Assembly (NCBI GenBank): GCA_012026655.1
Contig: JAAILG010001290.1
Location: forward strand, 1-64,000
DNA length: 64,000 nt
Source: Hydrolagus affinis
Taxonomy: Eukaryota
Direction of reading: 5' to 3'
The translations under genes were made by a program, and so were the position numbers. Positions 38,871 to 51,970 of the stretch are shown in pieces (position 1 is the stretch's first letter; each line of letters starts with the position of its first letter). The notes beneath the pieces are model-generated. The model saw nothing but the letters and a program-made list of their open reading frames with translations, was not told the origin of the DNA and did no database searches.

Positions 38871-41800
38871 GCTACTTGTTTCTTTGCCACATTGGGAACT
38901 AGTACTTTTCCCGTACAAGAGCAAGACAGAAGGGCCATTTGTGTAGTTTGCAAACATTGCTGTATTGAAATTTTGTGTGTGCTGTCCACTTATTGGGTAA
39001 GTTTCATACCAGCTACAGCTGCAACACTCAAAATAACATATTATTTTGTTGCTGTTGTGGTTTGGTGTTAAAACATTTAGAATACACACATTTCTGGTGG
39101 AGACCACATCAGACAATTTGCTTCCCCTTTAAAGCATTTTATTCTCACCAACCCCCTGTCCACCTCAACATACTTACACACACATACTCTATTGCCATTC
39201 CCTTGGGACTATTGCCCTCTAGCAAGCTTCGAAAGCTTAAGGCACCTTCTATTTCATTCACCTTTCAGCTACCTGAACTAAAATCAAAGTCAGAATTTCT
39301 ATGAAGCCTTCCTGCACTTTGTAATTTCATTAAATACTTGACTACGCAATGTGCTCCAATTCAATGACTTCTGAGTGTAGATGTGAATACTTTTGGTTCA
39401 ATACTTTAAATGCCATATTTATAGTTTCTCTCTGCATGCATGTATTTCAAGCAACTATTACTGTATATGCTGTACCAAGTCACAGCAACTTTAATTCAGT
39501 AATATAAAACTGTTTGAAAATCAGTTTAAAACCAGTTCCATTAAATTTATAGTGAACCAAAAATAGTAATCAAAATGTTTATTTCTGTAAATTCTCATAA
39601 GGAAATGCTATTCTGTAAGTTGATATTTGTACCCCACAAATTGTCTACTTATTTATTTGGTGAATAACTGTGTGATATATACAGATAATATACAGTATCA
39701 GCATTCATTAGTGTTTCCTTTAAAGATATCTGGACTTCCGTATTTTTAAATTGCACAAACATTTTTATAACCTAACCGTCCCCGATAAATAAATAATTGA
39801 AGACTATATTTATCAAACCGCATATCCCATTCTTGACAACTGCCTTGTATCTCACTTCAGCTTAATGTATTGCGTATCAGGTTACAACACAGTCATTCTC
39901 TGTTGTTTATTGATAGCTGCAGTTTTATTTGGTAAGTTGGTCAAAACCTTTTGTTATTTTCCTCCCTAAAATGTAATTAAATTGTTTAATTGGACTTTTG
40001 GAGGCGTGTGTTCAGTTATAGAAATATAGACTGTGTGTATCTTTTTCGATTGGTTCCCAGCCTTAGAAAGGGAAAACCTATATTGACCATTTATTCCTGG
40101 AGCTTGTTATTTCAGTGATAAATGACTTGTCACCATGGCTGGATATCAGTTAGGCTGAACAATTTTAGCACAGAGTTTAGAATTGAGTCTTATCTTCAGG
40201 AAGTAATAATCAAATGTCATTCCGAGCACATCTTTGTGGGATCCGTTCGATCTGATGCTGTATCACTCTGACTGCGCTCACCACATGTAACTTTGACGGC
40301 CTCTATTTTTATTCCCCAGTAAAAATAAAGCCGTCAGTAGAAGGAAATGTCAAATCATCAGCCACTCTATTTGAACATATGTTTCTACATCAGCCTATAT
40401 TTAATTTGGGTATAAATTACAATATTCACACAGTGGATTTGTGGCCTAACGTGCAAATTATGGTTTATAAATTACTGTATAAAGTTCAAGGTCGGAGAAT
40501 CCCAAGATAGTATCAGTCCAGGCTGATGAGCAAATCCCTCTGTTGTTGCCAGCTGTTTGCTTACTGGACTTTAGTCAGACATTGCCAGCTTGGAATGTAA
40601 TGATTATGAATTTTAAGTAATGACTTTCCATTCTGCCATGGGCTTCATGTGATCATATCAAAGGACAGTTTTGCAGTTCACTTCTTGCCCTTGTGTTTAA
40701 TGACTGTTGCCTTTTAGTCCTTTTTCACTCTTTCCTATTTTTTTCCAGTCAGTTGTGGTTTGATTGTCTTATTGATGGTCTTATTTTGCTATGTTTTAGA
40801 AAATCTGGCAACGTTTGACTTGCACTAAATTTTCTCAAAATGCATTAGCTGATACTATCAATTAATGTCCAAACTGACTGGAAACCTCTCAGCCAGAAGC
40901 ATGCACCTACTCTTAGGAGGCATCCAGCAAATCCAGGTGTTCCTGATCATGTGTTCCTGGCCACAGAGGAGGTTATTGTGTGCTTCTGGAACTGAAGAAT
41001 CCCCCAATCAGTAAAAAAAAATGATGTACGATGTGTAAGTAATTGTTAGCAAATGTTTCCACATTGACATCCGACAATACTCGTATCTATCCTGGTTTAT
41101 GGATAGAGAGAGCTGGTAATTATTTTTGATGCTTTACATTCTAATATTCAATGCAAATAATTTCAAGTCCCTCAGCTTTTTGTTTTCTGTATTGATGTTT
41201 TTTGAACAACAACTGTCATAACACCTTTAGAATAATGTCATCCTTTCTCTGCAGACATCTTTTAAAATAACTGTGTGAAGTGTTTATGGACAGCAGATAA
41301 AGACTCAGACTTCAACCCATTGTTCCTGTCTGTTACTGTTACAATAATACAGTGTGTGAGCCCATAGCAATTTTGTCTGACCACACATATGAAAATTGAT
41401 TACAGATATGGCATTCCTGATGGTCACAGGACTCTGCGGTTGGGCACTCATCCCTAACAATTGTTTTTATGGCCACAAGACATGGATATGAATTTAAAGG
41501 ATGCGCTGAAGCTAATATATGGCTTGCTTTTAAGGTTTGAGGTTTAATTTAGCAAAATTGACCTGCCTGGAGCCAGGCAGGAACAGCACACTCAACCGAT
41601 AAACCATTCTGGCAGTGTACTGATGCAGCTATAGGTGGAGGGAGCAGTCACAAAAGCTCTCTATTTAAACTAAAAAGGAATTAACTGACAGGTGAGATAC
41701 ATTTGGCCTTTTTATCATATCATTGCTGTTTACATTTCTGTTTATTCATGACTCTCTCTAGATCCAAGGATACAGTTTTATATTCCTGCTCTCTATTCCT

Positions 41801-42337
41801 TGTCCGTTTCTCTTTTGCTGCTCTTACTGAATTTCGGTTTATCGTCCCCTGGTGCAATTTGGATTGATCTTTTTTTCACTATAAAAACAAGTCAGTATCC
41901 CCATAGTGTATGTTTTGGGTTGCTCGTAGCCATATTTCATTGCAATAAAAGCTGCCTGTAGCCAACACTTCAATTCTCTGACTGTTCGTGTGGTGGGTTA
42001 AGAGCTGACGTTTGTGCCACCTCAGAGACTCAAAATGTGAAACAGTAGCAACCGAACTGTATCACCGTAAAAATGGTCAGTTTTCTAACATTTGCCTTTA
42101 ATTTCAGAAATCTATTCCCTAGTCTACCGTTTTTTTGTTGCATAAATCAAACTCAGCAATTTTTGCTATACTACCTTTGGGATATGTGAGTGCTGCCAAT
42201 GTTTTCATTCACGTAGAATATTCACATATTATTCACAGCCAACAATTCAACATCCTGAAGGTGGTGAATATGATTTTGAACCTTTGAGCTCTGCTTCACA
42301 GAGTCAAATAGGCAATGGATGGATGTACGCTGTAGTC

Positions 42338-42560
42338 TTTTTTGAATAGTGGCATGGGATCTTTTACATAAACCTGAATAAGCAGATGGGATCTCAGTTG
42401 AACATTTCATTCAAAGGAGGGCATCTCTGACAATGGAGAGCGCTCCTCTGGTCCTCCACTAAATCAGCCTACGCTGTGAGCTCAAAATCTTAAAGCAGGG
42501 CTTGAATCCACAACCTTCCGACCCGGGGTGAGAGAGCTATGGATTGAGCTGAGCTGGCAC
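42338..42560 (-). mobile_element. Deu-domain SINE, 5' half
   Basis: Reverse complement has the head gccagctcagctcaatccatagctctctcaccccgggtcggaaggttgtggattcaagccc and the Deu block ...tgtaaaagatcccatgccactattcaaaa. Confidence 0.8.
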
Positions 42561-43142
42561 CTTGTGCATTCATATTTTTAAAACATTCTTTAGTTATAAA
42601 TGCAGCAATTTAAAACATTATATCTATGGAAGAAGACGTGAAATAAAAGGAACAGTTTCCAAGTTAATCCTCCCTTTGTTGCATTTGTGAATTTGTTTTT
42701 GTCAAAAAAGCAAATTCTGCCAGATATTAGAAGTATCTTTCAAAGTGCCTTTTGCTTACACACTGAATGTGTGGGAACATTTTAAACTCTGAGGATGATT
42801 TTACTCAAGTTCCTTAAACCCATGAGCAGTAGTTGTTTAGAGGATCGGATTGCAGCCAATTGTATCAGTACTTTTACTTGCGTGCAGATTGACATTCTTC
42901 AACCCAGAATAAATGTGTTGGGAACTAACATTTAGACTTAACTATATTTTGTGCTAATTAATACATCAGCTGACGAGCACTACAAAGTTGTAAATACCAT
43001 GGCGACTTTACAGGTCACAATTACTGAAACCTCAAATTTTTGAAAGCAGCTTAGTTTGTAGAGATTTATGTACAGTCTCCTGGGATCATCAGCACGAGAC
43101 CTCAAATAAATATTTCATAACATCCTCAATAAGTTTGAATGC

Positions 43143-43585
43143 CCATCTGACTCAGTTGGTAGCACTCTTGCTTCTGAATCACAAGGTTGTGGCTTCAAAC
43201 CCTATGTCAGAGATGGAATCACATCGACTAAACTGACAATGCAGTGCTGGGGATGTCTTGCATTGTCAGAGATGCATTCCTTCAGATGAAATGATAAACC
43301 AAGGTCCCGCCTGCTTGTTCAGGCAGACGTTAAAGATCCCATGGCACAATTCGAAAGGAGAAGGGAGTTTCTCCTGGTGTCCTCACCAACAAATCCAACA
43401 AATAAAATTGGTCACTCACTCCATAGTTACAGTATTTGTGGGAAGTTGCTGTGTGTAAACTGGCTACCGTATCCAGCCAACAAAAGTCACAATAGAATCA
43501 CTTCACAGTATATCCTGTGAAACATTTAGAGACGTCAAAATAATGTGATAAGAAATTGTATCAAATGCAGATTGTTATTATTATA
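43143..43585 (+). mobile_element. Deu-domain SINE (SacSINE1/AmnSINE1-like), full length
   Basis: tRNA-like head tgactcagttggtagcactcttgcttctgaatcacaaggttgtggcttcaaaccc. Deu block ccttcagatgaaatgataaaccaaggtcccgcctgcttgttcaggcagacgttaaagatcccatggcacaattcgaa. L2-type tail tatcaaatgcagattgttattattat. Confidence 0.85.
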
Positions 43586-43807
43586 CATGGAGATTCGCTG
43601 GATATATTGTTTTGTAAACAAGTGTATATATAATGTTGTGCTACTGGTATTTGGTCTTTTGGAGATTTGTTTCACTTCATCAGAGCAGGCACCCGGGGTT
43701 GAGGAGTCCAAATGAATTCAAGTGAATAGAATGATCTCAACATCCCTAAGTTATTTCCATTGGAGATTTTTATTATGAAAACAAATAAAGCACGTGTAAA
43801 ACCACCT

Positions 43808-44201
43808 ACTATTTCTCGTCTTCAAAGCCCTCCATGGCCTTGACCCCCACCTACCTCTGCGACCTCTTAACCCCCTACCAACCTATCCATCCATCAACTC
43901 AGATGGCTCCGGCCTGCTCCACATCCCCCAACCCACCCATCCCACCATCGGCGGGCGAACCTTCAACCACCAACCTTTGGAATTCCAGTCCGCAATCCCT
44001 CCGCTTTGCCCCCTCCCTAGCCTCCTTCAAATCCCACCTCAATACCCTCCGTTTCGACTGTGCCATTCGTCACCTCCCCCCCCACCGTCCCTCCATTCTC
44101 CCTGATCCCAATCCTAGCTGGTCCGAAACACTGACTGTCCAGTGCCTTGGTCCTCCTGACGAGAAAGGCGCTATACAAATGTAATTTTTTTTGTCGTTGT
44201 T
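43808..44201 (+). mobile_element. L2 LINE 3' fragment, second subfamily
   Basis: ctcgtcttcaaagccctccatggcctt translates to LVFKALHGL. LWNS.PQSLRFAPSLASFKSHL follows. Tail gaaaggcgctatacaaatgtaa(t)n. Confidence 0.9.
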
Positions 44202-44673
44202 CTACTTGTTCCTTGATTTCCTCCCCCTTACACATTCTCACAGCCTCCCTTTCAAAGGCACAATTTTTAAAAAATGTTTCCGTGTTTCAAATATTTTGTT
44301 GAGATCATTTCAGTTTATTTTTTTGACTGGCAAATAATGTGCTGTGTTCTGTCTTTGAAGGTTTACTCTGCTCTCGGGCTGATAGTTAGTATCAGTAGGT
44401 GTGAACAAAATGTACTCTGTTAAAGCAGGGTTTATTGTATTCATTGTAGAAATTACAGCAACGCATGTGCTGCATTTTTGCCTCTCAGAGTTGACACTCA
44501 GTGAAGCCTGTTGTTCCCTTTCAGAACGACTTTCATTCATGTTATCAATATGAATGGGCTTAAAGGAGTGAGATATATACCCACCTACCAGATTGCTGGC
44601 TTTATGTGGTGCTTTCGGTGCTGGTGGCAGCATGATCACACCCCTGCCTCCTCCAATCAGGGTCTGAAATCTA

Positions 44674-44777
44674 TCAGTTCTGACAAAGGGCCATGGACCC
44701 GAAACGTTGACTCACTTTCCTTTCTCCATGGATGCTGCCTGACCTGCTGAGTTTTCCCAGCAACTTCTGTTTTTGTT
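44674..44777 (+). mobile_element. 104-bp Penelope-like monomer with an 11-bp TSD
   Basis: Homologous to one arm of the 32 kb palindrome. Flanked by tctgaaatcta at 44663-44673 and 44778-44788. Confidence 0.85.
44676..44712 (+). ncRNA. Degenerate minimal type I hammerhead ribozyme motif
   Basis: agtt (helix I) - CTGACAA (core CUGANGA with G8>A) - a-gggcc-atg-gaccc (helix II) - GAAA - CGTT (palindromic helix III, UH site) - gact (helix I 3' strand). Probably inactive as it stands. Confidence 0.6.
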
Positions 44778-47702
44778 TCTGAAATCTAACTTCCTGGTCA
44801 TCTCCTCTTTCCAATCCAGTAATTAACAGCTGGTGCAGCAGATGTATGTCGCCAGTGTGAAACCATTTCCTGATTACACCTTCCACAACAGCAACACTCT
44901 ACACTCTGGAAAAACATCTTCAATTAGATAAAAGGTTTTAAAATAGAATTGGAATTGGTGACTCCTAAAACCGGCTGATAGGGTAGCCTGAGGGATTATG
45001 CAATTCAGTGCTTTTATTGGGAACGTCTGCTTCAAATATCCAGTATTCTGTGTGATGATGTGGGATGAACTTTTCTAATCTCTAGTTGTGCTTTAGGCCT
45101 ATTTTGTTTGAAACTTGTGGCCTCTGAATCTGCTCGTGTGCATTTTATAATCTGTGCCTTATTTTTAAAGGGAGAGATGCATCATCAAAGAGTTTCATGT
45201 CTTCCCTTGTGCATTCAGAGTGAGAACATATGAACCGCTTCACATGCCTTGTAAATTTTCATAAGGTGCTTGGTATTCTGCAACTGTAATATTATCTTAA
45301 TTGTGCTATTTGTACATATTGCAAGAAAATATAAGGATATTAATGCCAAAGAAATGTCCCATCCAAAATGAATTGTTTTCAGGACAAACTCTTTCATAAA
45401 GCAATCTTATGAAAGTCCAATGAATTGACCATGATTGTCTCGAATGCATTTCTAGTTTGGATTTAAAATTTGGGGGGACTTGATGACATCCAAACTAGAA
45501 GATACAGAGATAAGCTCAGTTAAGTGAAAAAACATTTGCTTTGTAAGCTGCCAAATACATTAAAAAAATTGCTTTGTTCTATTCTCAGTTTCCGTTTCAC
45601 TGCTACACTGGCTGCATAGTACAACATACATCAAACTTTATATGTGCGTGTGGTGTTTTTTGTTTGTTTCAGATGTCTGGATTCTTCCCAAAGTTTTAGT
45701 TTTTAACGAAAGAGGTTTAGTAGAAAAGGTGTACCAATTTCATTGCAATGCATGCTTGACCACAGCTGCTTACAACATTTGTGCTGGAGTGATGTTTTTG
45801 TTGTAGCGATTTATTTCTGGAAATTCTCTATCAAAAATGTAATGGTATAGTTTCTAATGATAGAGTAGGACACTGAAACCCACAGTAAGTACATGGGAAG
45901 ATTTAAGATGACATAGGGAATGAGGATGATGGGATCGAGGCAGTATTCAGACCCTTATAGATGGTATAAGAATGGTGGTGATCTGTGCTACTTAACATTT
46001 TCATGATTCTTAAGAAATAAAGAATATTAAGTTAGACTGTGACTGAATGGAATTTGCAAACTATTAATTATCTTGAAATAAAATGAAATAAAATGAGAAA
46101 GCAACAAGAGCCAAGCAGATATTTCATAGTCCTTTAGATGTCTGGCCCAGTGGATGTGTGCTTAGATATGATCATCCCTTCTACTCCCATAAATTGTTCG
46201 GGCAAGGGTGTAGGAATTAATTTGTCTGAAGTAATGTTGCTGTTCCTTTAGTGCTCGATGTTGAATATCATTTTGGGCTCTTGCTATTCTTGATGTCTTT
46301 TCTCTGTTAAATTGTAAAAGCCATCCCTCCTGTATGGGATGAGGGAGGACAGAGAAGCCGAAGGCACAGTTGATTAATACTATATGGAGTATATATATAT
46401 GTGATATATTTTGTACTTTAAGATTATATCTCTTGGGTTGTATCTTTGAACAAATATTCTAGTCTGGGTTTAAGCTGCTCTGTGGAGGATTAACTTGGTT
46501 ACATTTCTTATGTCTGAGGAAGAATGTGCTTTTACACTAATTTTAGATCTTTGTTAAGACTGTGAGCCATATGTGTCCACATTTTGTCCTGGTATGTTTT
46601 TCTGCTTCTAATTTGGAGATTGAGATGTTTAGACAATTGCGAAACAGTGGTTTGATGCTTTATCAATTTATCAAGTGGCGTTCAACTACAAAGAGTTGGA
46701 ATTCACATAAATTTGTGTATTTTTAAATATTTCCAAAATTTGGGGCATTTTTGTTTTTTTGGTTCAGTTTGATGACTGTTATTACCACACTAGATAGCTA
46801 GTCCATAACTCAATGTGATTTGGCAAGGGTTTGGTCTAATTTTAAACAGTGTTTATGGAAAGAATGTCCCCCCTTGGTCCATTGTGGTGAGTTTGTCCTT
46901 ACATTGCTTTGGAAATGTCTCACCAGTTGATGCTACTAAGTTTTCTCCTCCCTGGATAAAGATCTTGGAAGGACATAAATAAACCAGCAAACAATAGACT
47001 CTGGACAAGCATCTTGAGATGTCAAGATGTTCGAAAGCTTTGTTTCAAAGCATCTTTATTTTTGTTCCTTGTACATATTGTGAGATATATTGTCTCCATA
47101 TACTACACCAACATCCTTTCTGTCTATCAATTAGCAGTAGCACTCTCAGCTGATGTATTTGAGCCAGAGATAGCAATTGCTCATTCGGTACAGATCATGT
47201 TTAGGCCATTTATTAATAATAATAATCATGATTTCATTTGAAATTAACACTTACATATTGGGATGGCATTTCAAAGTCCTTTGCAAGATTACTATAATAT
47301 AATACATTAGAAAAGTCCAGTTGCCAGGGAAGAAGTCCTGAGATGGACCTGAAAACAAACAGTGGGTATAAGTAATTTTTATTTGCATATATGTTCTCCA
47401 GGAGATAAAATGGGTGTGGTGGAGTGCATACCCACAGGTATGTTCTGTCTGGTCTGTGGGAGAAGCAGGCATGGATCAGCCAAATAGTTTGGGCTATTTT
47501 CCATCTGAAATCGTATTCGGCATCTGCTGTGCACGTGCATGTGTGTGAGTGGATGAACATGTCCTGTGTGCGCTTGTGGGTGGAAGTAATCTGACACGAA
47601 TAACTCTTGTGAAGGTTAATGACCACAATGTGATATTTTTGAAAAAAAAAGCTTTCGCAAGATTACCTTGAGATTATGCCTTGAGATACTCAATCGCTCA
47701 TA

Positions 47703-47815
47703 TAATAATAATACCAATCCTTGTATTTGATATAGCACTTTTCATGTCTTCTAGACATCTCAAAACGCTTCACAGAATATACTGGAAAGTGAATTGACTG
47801 TACATTTGTGGGCTA
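47703..47815 (-). mobile_element. SINE family A tail fragment
   Basis: aatccttgtatttgatatagcacttttcatgtcttctagacatctcaaaacgcttcacagaatatactggaaagtgaattgactg. Confidence 0.85.
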
Positions 47816-48789
47816 AAGACATTTGTATTTGGACAAAGATTATTTTGAAATCTAGTTCTTGGTCAGATTTAGCATTTGATGTATATGTAATGGTTTCTTA
47901 TCATTGATCTAAATTGCCCTACCAACTAAGTATCCATAGGAATTCCCCATTATTTTTCTAGGTGCATTCAACATTAGTCAAAAATAATGAATATAAATCC
48001 TGGTTCCTAAAATGTTAACGGCCTGTTCAGCGGTTGAAATAGTTGTGCTCCAATACTCCTGGGTCGTTCATTGTGTTTGCACTTGGGATCTAATTTGTTA
48101 CTTCACTGCCAATTGTGAATGTTTCTGAAATCTGTTACTAAAAAGACTGAAGTACTCTCATGTCCCATTGCAGAGCATCCTTGATGCAAAGTTCCCTCTC
48201 CTGGCATTTTCTATCCAGCAAACCCAATGTTCCAGTTAGGCCATGCAAATTGTGGCCAGCATTCAATGGAGAGGTAACAAATTTCACTTCAGGGTTATAG
48301 CGCACACAAGCTCCAATTGATCTCTACCCCATAAAAATGGAGAAACTGTTTCATGCAAAGTAAAGAAGGAAGCATGATTATTTAGTTAGAACCTTGGAAT
48401 ATCCTCCTGATGTGAAATGCACTGTACAAATGTAATTTTGTTTGCATTACTTTGAAAACAATTTTGGTGTAATTGGTGTTTTTTGCTCTGGAAACTGTAT
48501 TCATTAATGGTCACTTCTGAGTAACATCTGTGAAATATCAATTCTAGCATCTTTTCCTTTCCTGTCAATAAATTACAAAATCCACAGGTGGCCATTTTGC
48601 AGTTAGCTTAGATTGTTTAAGAATGAATGCTTGGCATTGTAACCAATTAGTATTGGATGAGCTCTCCTGCCCTACTCGAGGGTGCTGAAACCTGTGAGTC
48701 TTTGACTCTTACAAGCTGTTTACAGCTGCTGAACAAGAGACAGATAAACTGGTTCCAGTTACCAAATACTACTACTGTGAATGCTGGGA

Positions 48790-49053
48790 TCTTCTAGACA
48801 TACCAAAGCGCTTCACGGAATATGCTGAAAAGTGAATTGACTGTATATATGTGGGTGAAATGCGGCAGCCAATTATGCACAACAGTGTTCCACAAACAGT
48901 CGTAGATTGAAATGACCAAGTTTTTTTTGAAGGATTATTATTAGGTGTGCGGAATAAGGAAACTTGGCCAAGGTTTTACCCTGCCTGGAATTGAACCCAG
49001 TTCTCTCGTTTGTAAAGCGAGTGCTCTAACCAATGAAATACAGCACTCCACAA
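48790..49053 (-). mobile_element. SINE family A lacking its extreme tail
   Basis: Reverse complement head ggagtgctgtatttcattggttagagcactcgctttacaaacgagagaactgggttcaattccaggcaggg, then cttggccaagtttcctt and the family body. Confidence 0.88.
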
Positions 49054-49078
49054 AATACACAAAAGAGGAAATGTATGA

Positions 49079-49190
49079 AATAATAATAATTCTTGCGTTT
49101 AATATAGTGTCTTATCATGTCTTCGAGACGTCTCAAAGTGTTTCACAGGATATATTGTAAACTGAATTGACTGTGTGTTTTGCGGGCAAA
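49079..49190 (-). mobile_element. SINE tail fragment
   Basis: aataataataattcttgcgtttaatatagtg...gagacgtctcaaagtgtttcacaggatat...tgaattgactg. Confidence 0.8.
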
Positions 49191-49263
49191 AAAGAAAAAT
49201 AATCAAAGACTTCGATCGTGGAGGTATAAAGGGGTATAACAAAAGAAAGGAGCTTTGCGATTT

Positions 49264-49368
49264 TCAGCCCAGTTCAGTTGGTAGCACTCGCACCTCTGGG
49301 TCAGAATGGGTTCAAACTCTCCATTGGGAGTTGGAAATCACATTGTCTAAGTTGATACTCCAATGCAT
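49264..49368 (+). mobile_element. Deu-type SINE head fragment
   Basis: cagttcagttggtagcactcgcacctctgggtcagaatgggttcaaactc matches the 43143 head. Confidence 0.7.
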
Positions 49369-50330
49369 GAGTTCAAAGGAGGTGAGAATGCCATGACCCA
49401 GGCTAACATTTGAATAATCTACTCAATTAAGGGATGACCAAAACATGCCTTCTATATATACAATCTTTCAGAATGCTTCTTGTACTAATGCATATTATTG
49501 GAGTGAGGAATGGCCTTCCTATATAAACATTTTACATTTGACCAGTTAGGTTACTATGGTTACATATTTATGCAGAGCAAACAGTTCTGCATAAATAGAT
49601 TACAACATTTTCTCCCGAGTCCCTTATTTGCAAACTGCATTTTATGTTTACTCAAGTTCATTGTCGGGACTCTGATTTCCAACAAAATAAAAGCAGTCTT
49701 CTGAGTTATTTAATTGTTCAAAAAGTTTATTGATGTATCAAATTTTATGTGGCACAATATTAAAAAACAGTTTTTTGGGAGGGGTGGGAGGGGGAGCAGT
49801 GAATGGAAGGCTTCATTGTATGCAATAGCAGTGACCTTGTGGTTTGAGGAACAACTTTTTGTTGGAAAATATTCCGTGCCTTTAAGACGTTTGACTTTAA
49901 TGAGAAAATGTTGACTGCAATGTTTGGAAATTAACCCAACCTAGACGCATGCCATATTTTGCATTATTGTAGAACATGTCTCTCCAAGTCATTCTGTCTC
50001 TTTGCTTGCAAAAAGTGTATTATAGGAGATATATTCTTTTGCAAAACCTGGCTGTATTTTGTTGGCTGCGCAAGGAGACTTCTTGCCTCAAGTGAGGTAT
50101 GAAAATAAGCGCATACCTTCCCAATGAGTGAAACGCAAAGTTAGCCACAAATATGAGTAGTTCAAAATAAACCATGGATGCGCTACCACAACCAGAAGAT
50201 TTAATTCCTTCAGCCTAGAGCATACAAACAGCTGCCAATTTATTGTGGTTGTGACCTTATACTGTATATTACAGCTTCCAGTCTAGTGCTTTGTAGACTG
50301 GGGGGAGTCAAAAAAAAATCAAAGTCCATC

Positions 50331-50526
50331 ATCATAGAATTTTAAAGCACAAAAGGAGGCCATTTGGCCCATCATGTCTGTGCCTGCTCTTTGAAAAAAG
50401 CTATTCAAAGTCAATCCCACTCCCCGGCTCTCTCCCCATTACCCTGCAAACTTGTCCTCCCCAAATAACCATCCACCTCTCTTTTAAAAGTTGTTATCGA
50501 ATCGGCCTCTACCACCCTTTCAGGCA
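50331..50526 (-). mobile_element. CR1 LINE 3' end
   Basis: Starts atcatagaat, the reverse complement of the CR1 attctatgat terminus. Reverse complement tgcctgaaagggtggtagaggccgattcgataacaactttt is homologous to 58378-58420. Confidence 0.85.
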
Positions 50527-51836
50527 TGTTTCTCAAACAAGAAAATCATGATGAGTAAATAAAAGCAGATAGCTTTCAGGTCTTGCGCAGCAGTTAACTT
50601 TGCCGTAGAACTGCTTTTGTTAATGTATTTCTTTGTTGCTTGTTCTGGTTAAGAGACAGTAAACCATCATTCAATGCTCAAAAGCCTATTAACCTCAAGT
50701 GTGCTCCTAACTGAGATTTCTGATCAGTTACCTCTTGTGGATAGTGCTGGCTCGAGTCCCACAAACTTAGACAAAATTTGCACCACACTGGTTACGCTAG
50801 ATAAGGGGAGCTTTGCAAATCCTTATCTGTACGCCAGTTTTTGAATGGGTTCAGCACTTTGAGACGCCACTCCGCATGAAGGGCGCTATATAAATGCAAG
50901 TTGTTGCTTAGAGTTGCTCTGCTTCTTTTGCTTTATAGCATCTAGCAGTTTTACGATTTACTTTCTCATTCCAAATCACCCCATGCCCTGCTACACTTGC
51001 ATTTCCTAAAGAGTCTCAACCTTACTGCCGTTCCTTTCCCCCCACAACCACTGATTGGCACTGTTTCCTCAATAGAAGGTGAAATGGAAAATGGGGAAAA
51101 TAGAAAAGAGACAAATAACATAAAAGAGTGGGATATTTGGAGAGCCAAGTGGGCTTTTTGAGGAATTTCTGCACACATTTCTTTATTTGAATACAATAAT
51201 CTATATCCTTCCCTCCGTTTAGTTGAAGGTATGTTCAAACTGCTTTATTAATCCATATCAGAAAACTACCAATAGGTTGAGGGGGACTTCTTAACCACTG
51301 TAATTTATGTCTAAAATGTTTTTGTGATTCATTCTGCAGCAGTTCAGACTTGTTGCAAAACAATGCTGCTAAGTGTGTCACTCACCTGTGTCTGACTGGT
51401 GACCTTTGCACACCATATGTTGTAATGTTGCTTTTCCTTTGTGTCTTAAAGCCCACATTAGTGGAAATGCCAACCTTAAGCAGCTGTTAGTGTTGTCTTG
51501 CTCTGACCTGTTATGTACTGTAGTCTGATAATTTCAGGAGACATATTCACAGATGAAATATTTGGCAGCAGTATAAACAATGATTCCGCAAGCACGCACG
51601 GTAGGGATGAACTTTATGATAGGAGATGCAATGCTTAGCATTCACACTGCCTCCTGTTATTGAGGGTTAGTTCAAATAATAATTGACAGTTCTCAAAGGA
51701 TTTTTTTTCTTCCTTTTCCAGCGGGTTAACTTCTTGCTTGACAGGCTTTCCTTCAGGAATTTCCCTGACTTTTTGTAGGATTTCAGCTTCACCATTACTA
51801 ATACAAGATGAACGTCTATTTGTTCATATGCATATA

Positions 51837-51910
51837 CAGTCAACTATTGCCGAACGCGACTTTCTCGAGTACGGATTAGCCTATATGCCTTGTTCGACGA
51901 GGGTCTACTG
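51837..51910. mobile_element. 74-bp Tigger/pogo-like mini-element
   Basis: ta|cagtcaactattgccgaacgcgactttctcgagtacggattagcctatatgc aligns to the left end of the 52707 element. Ends cgagggtctactg, like that element's cgagggttaactg. Confidence 0.7.
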
Positions 51911-51970
51911 CACTAGCGTAAAGTTAAGTACCAGATATGTATTTGGACCTTAGTTATAAAAGTACTAGAG

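Noticed and set aside
38459-38989. 176-aa ORF and overlapping ORFs as host genes
   Set aside because: They are alternative frames across the GC-rich L2 3' end. The meaningful frame is the L2 ORF2 remnant.
51380-51460. Minus-strand exon ending in CAG|gtgagt
   Set aside because: Good donor but no pyrimidine-rich acceptor upstream on that strand, and no recognisable peptide.
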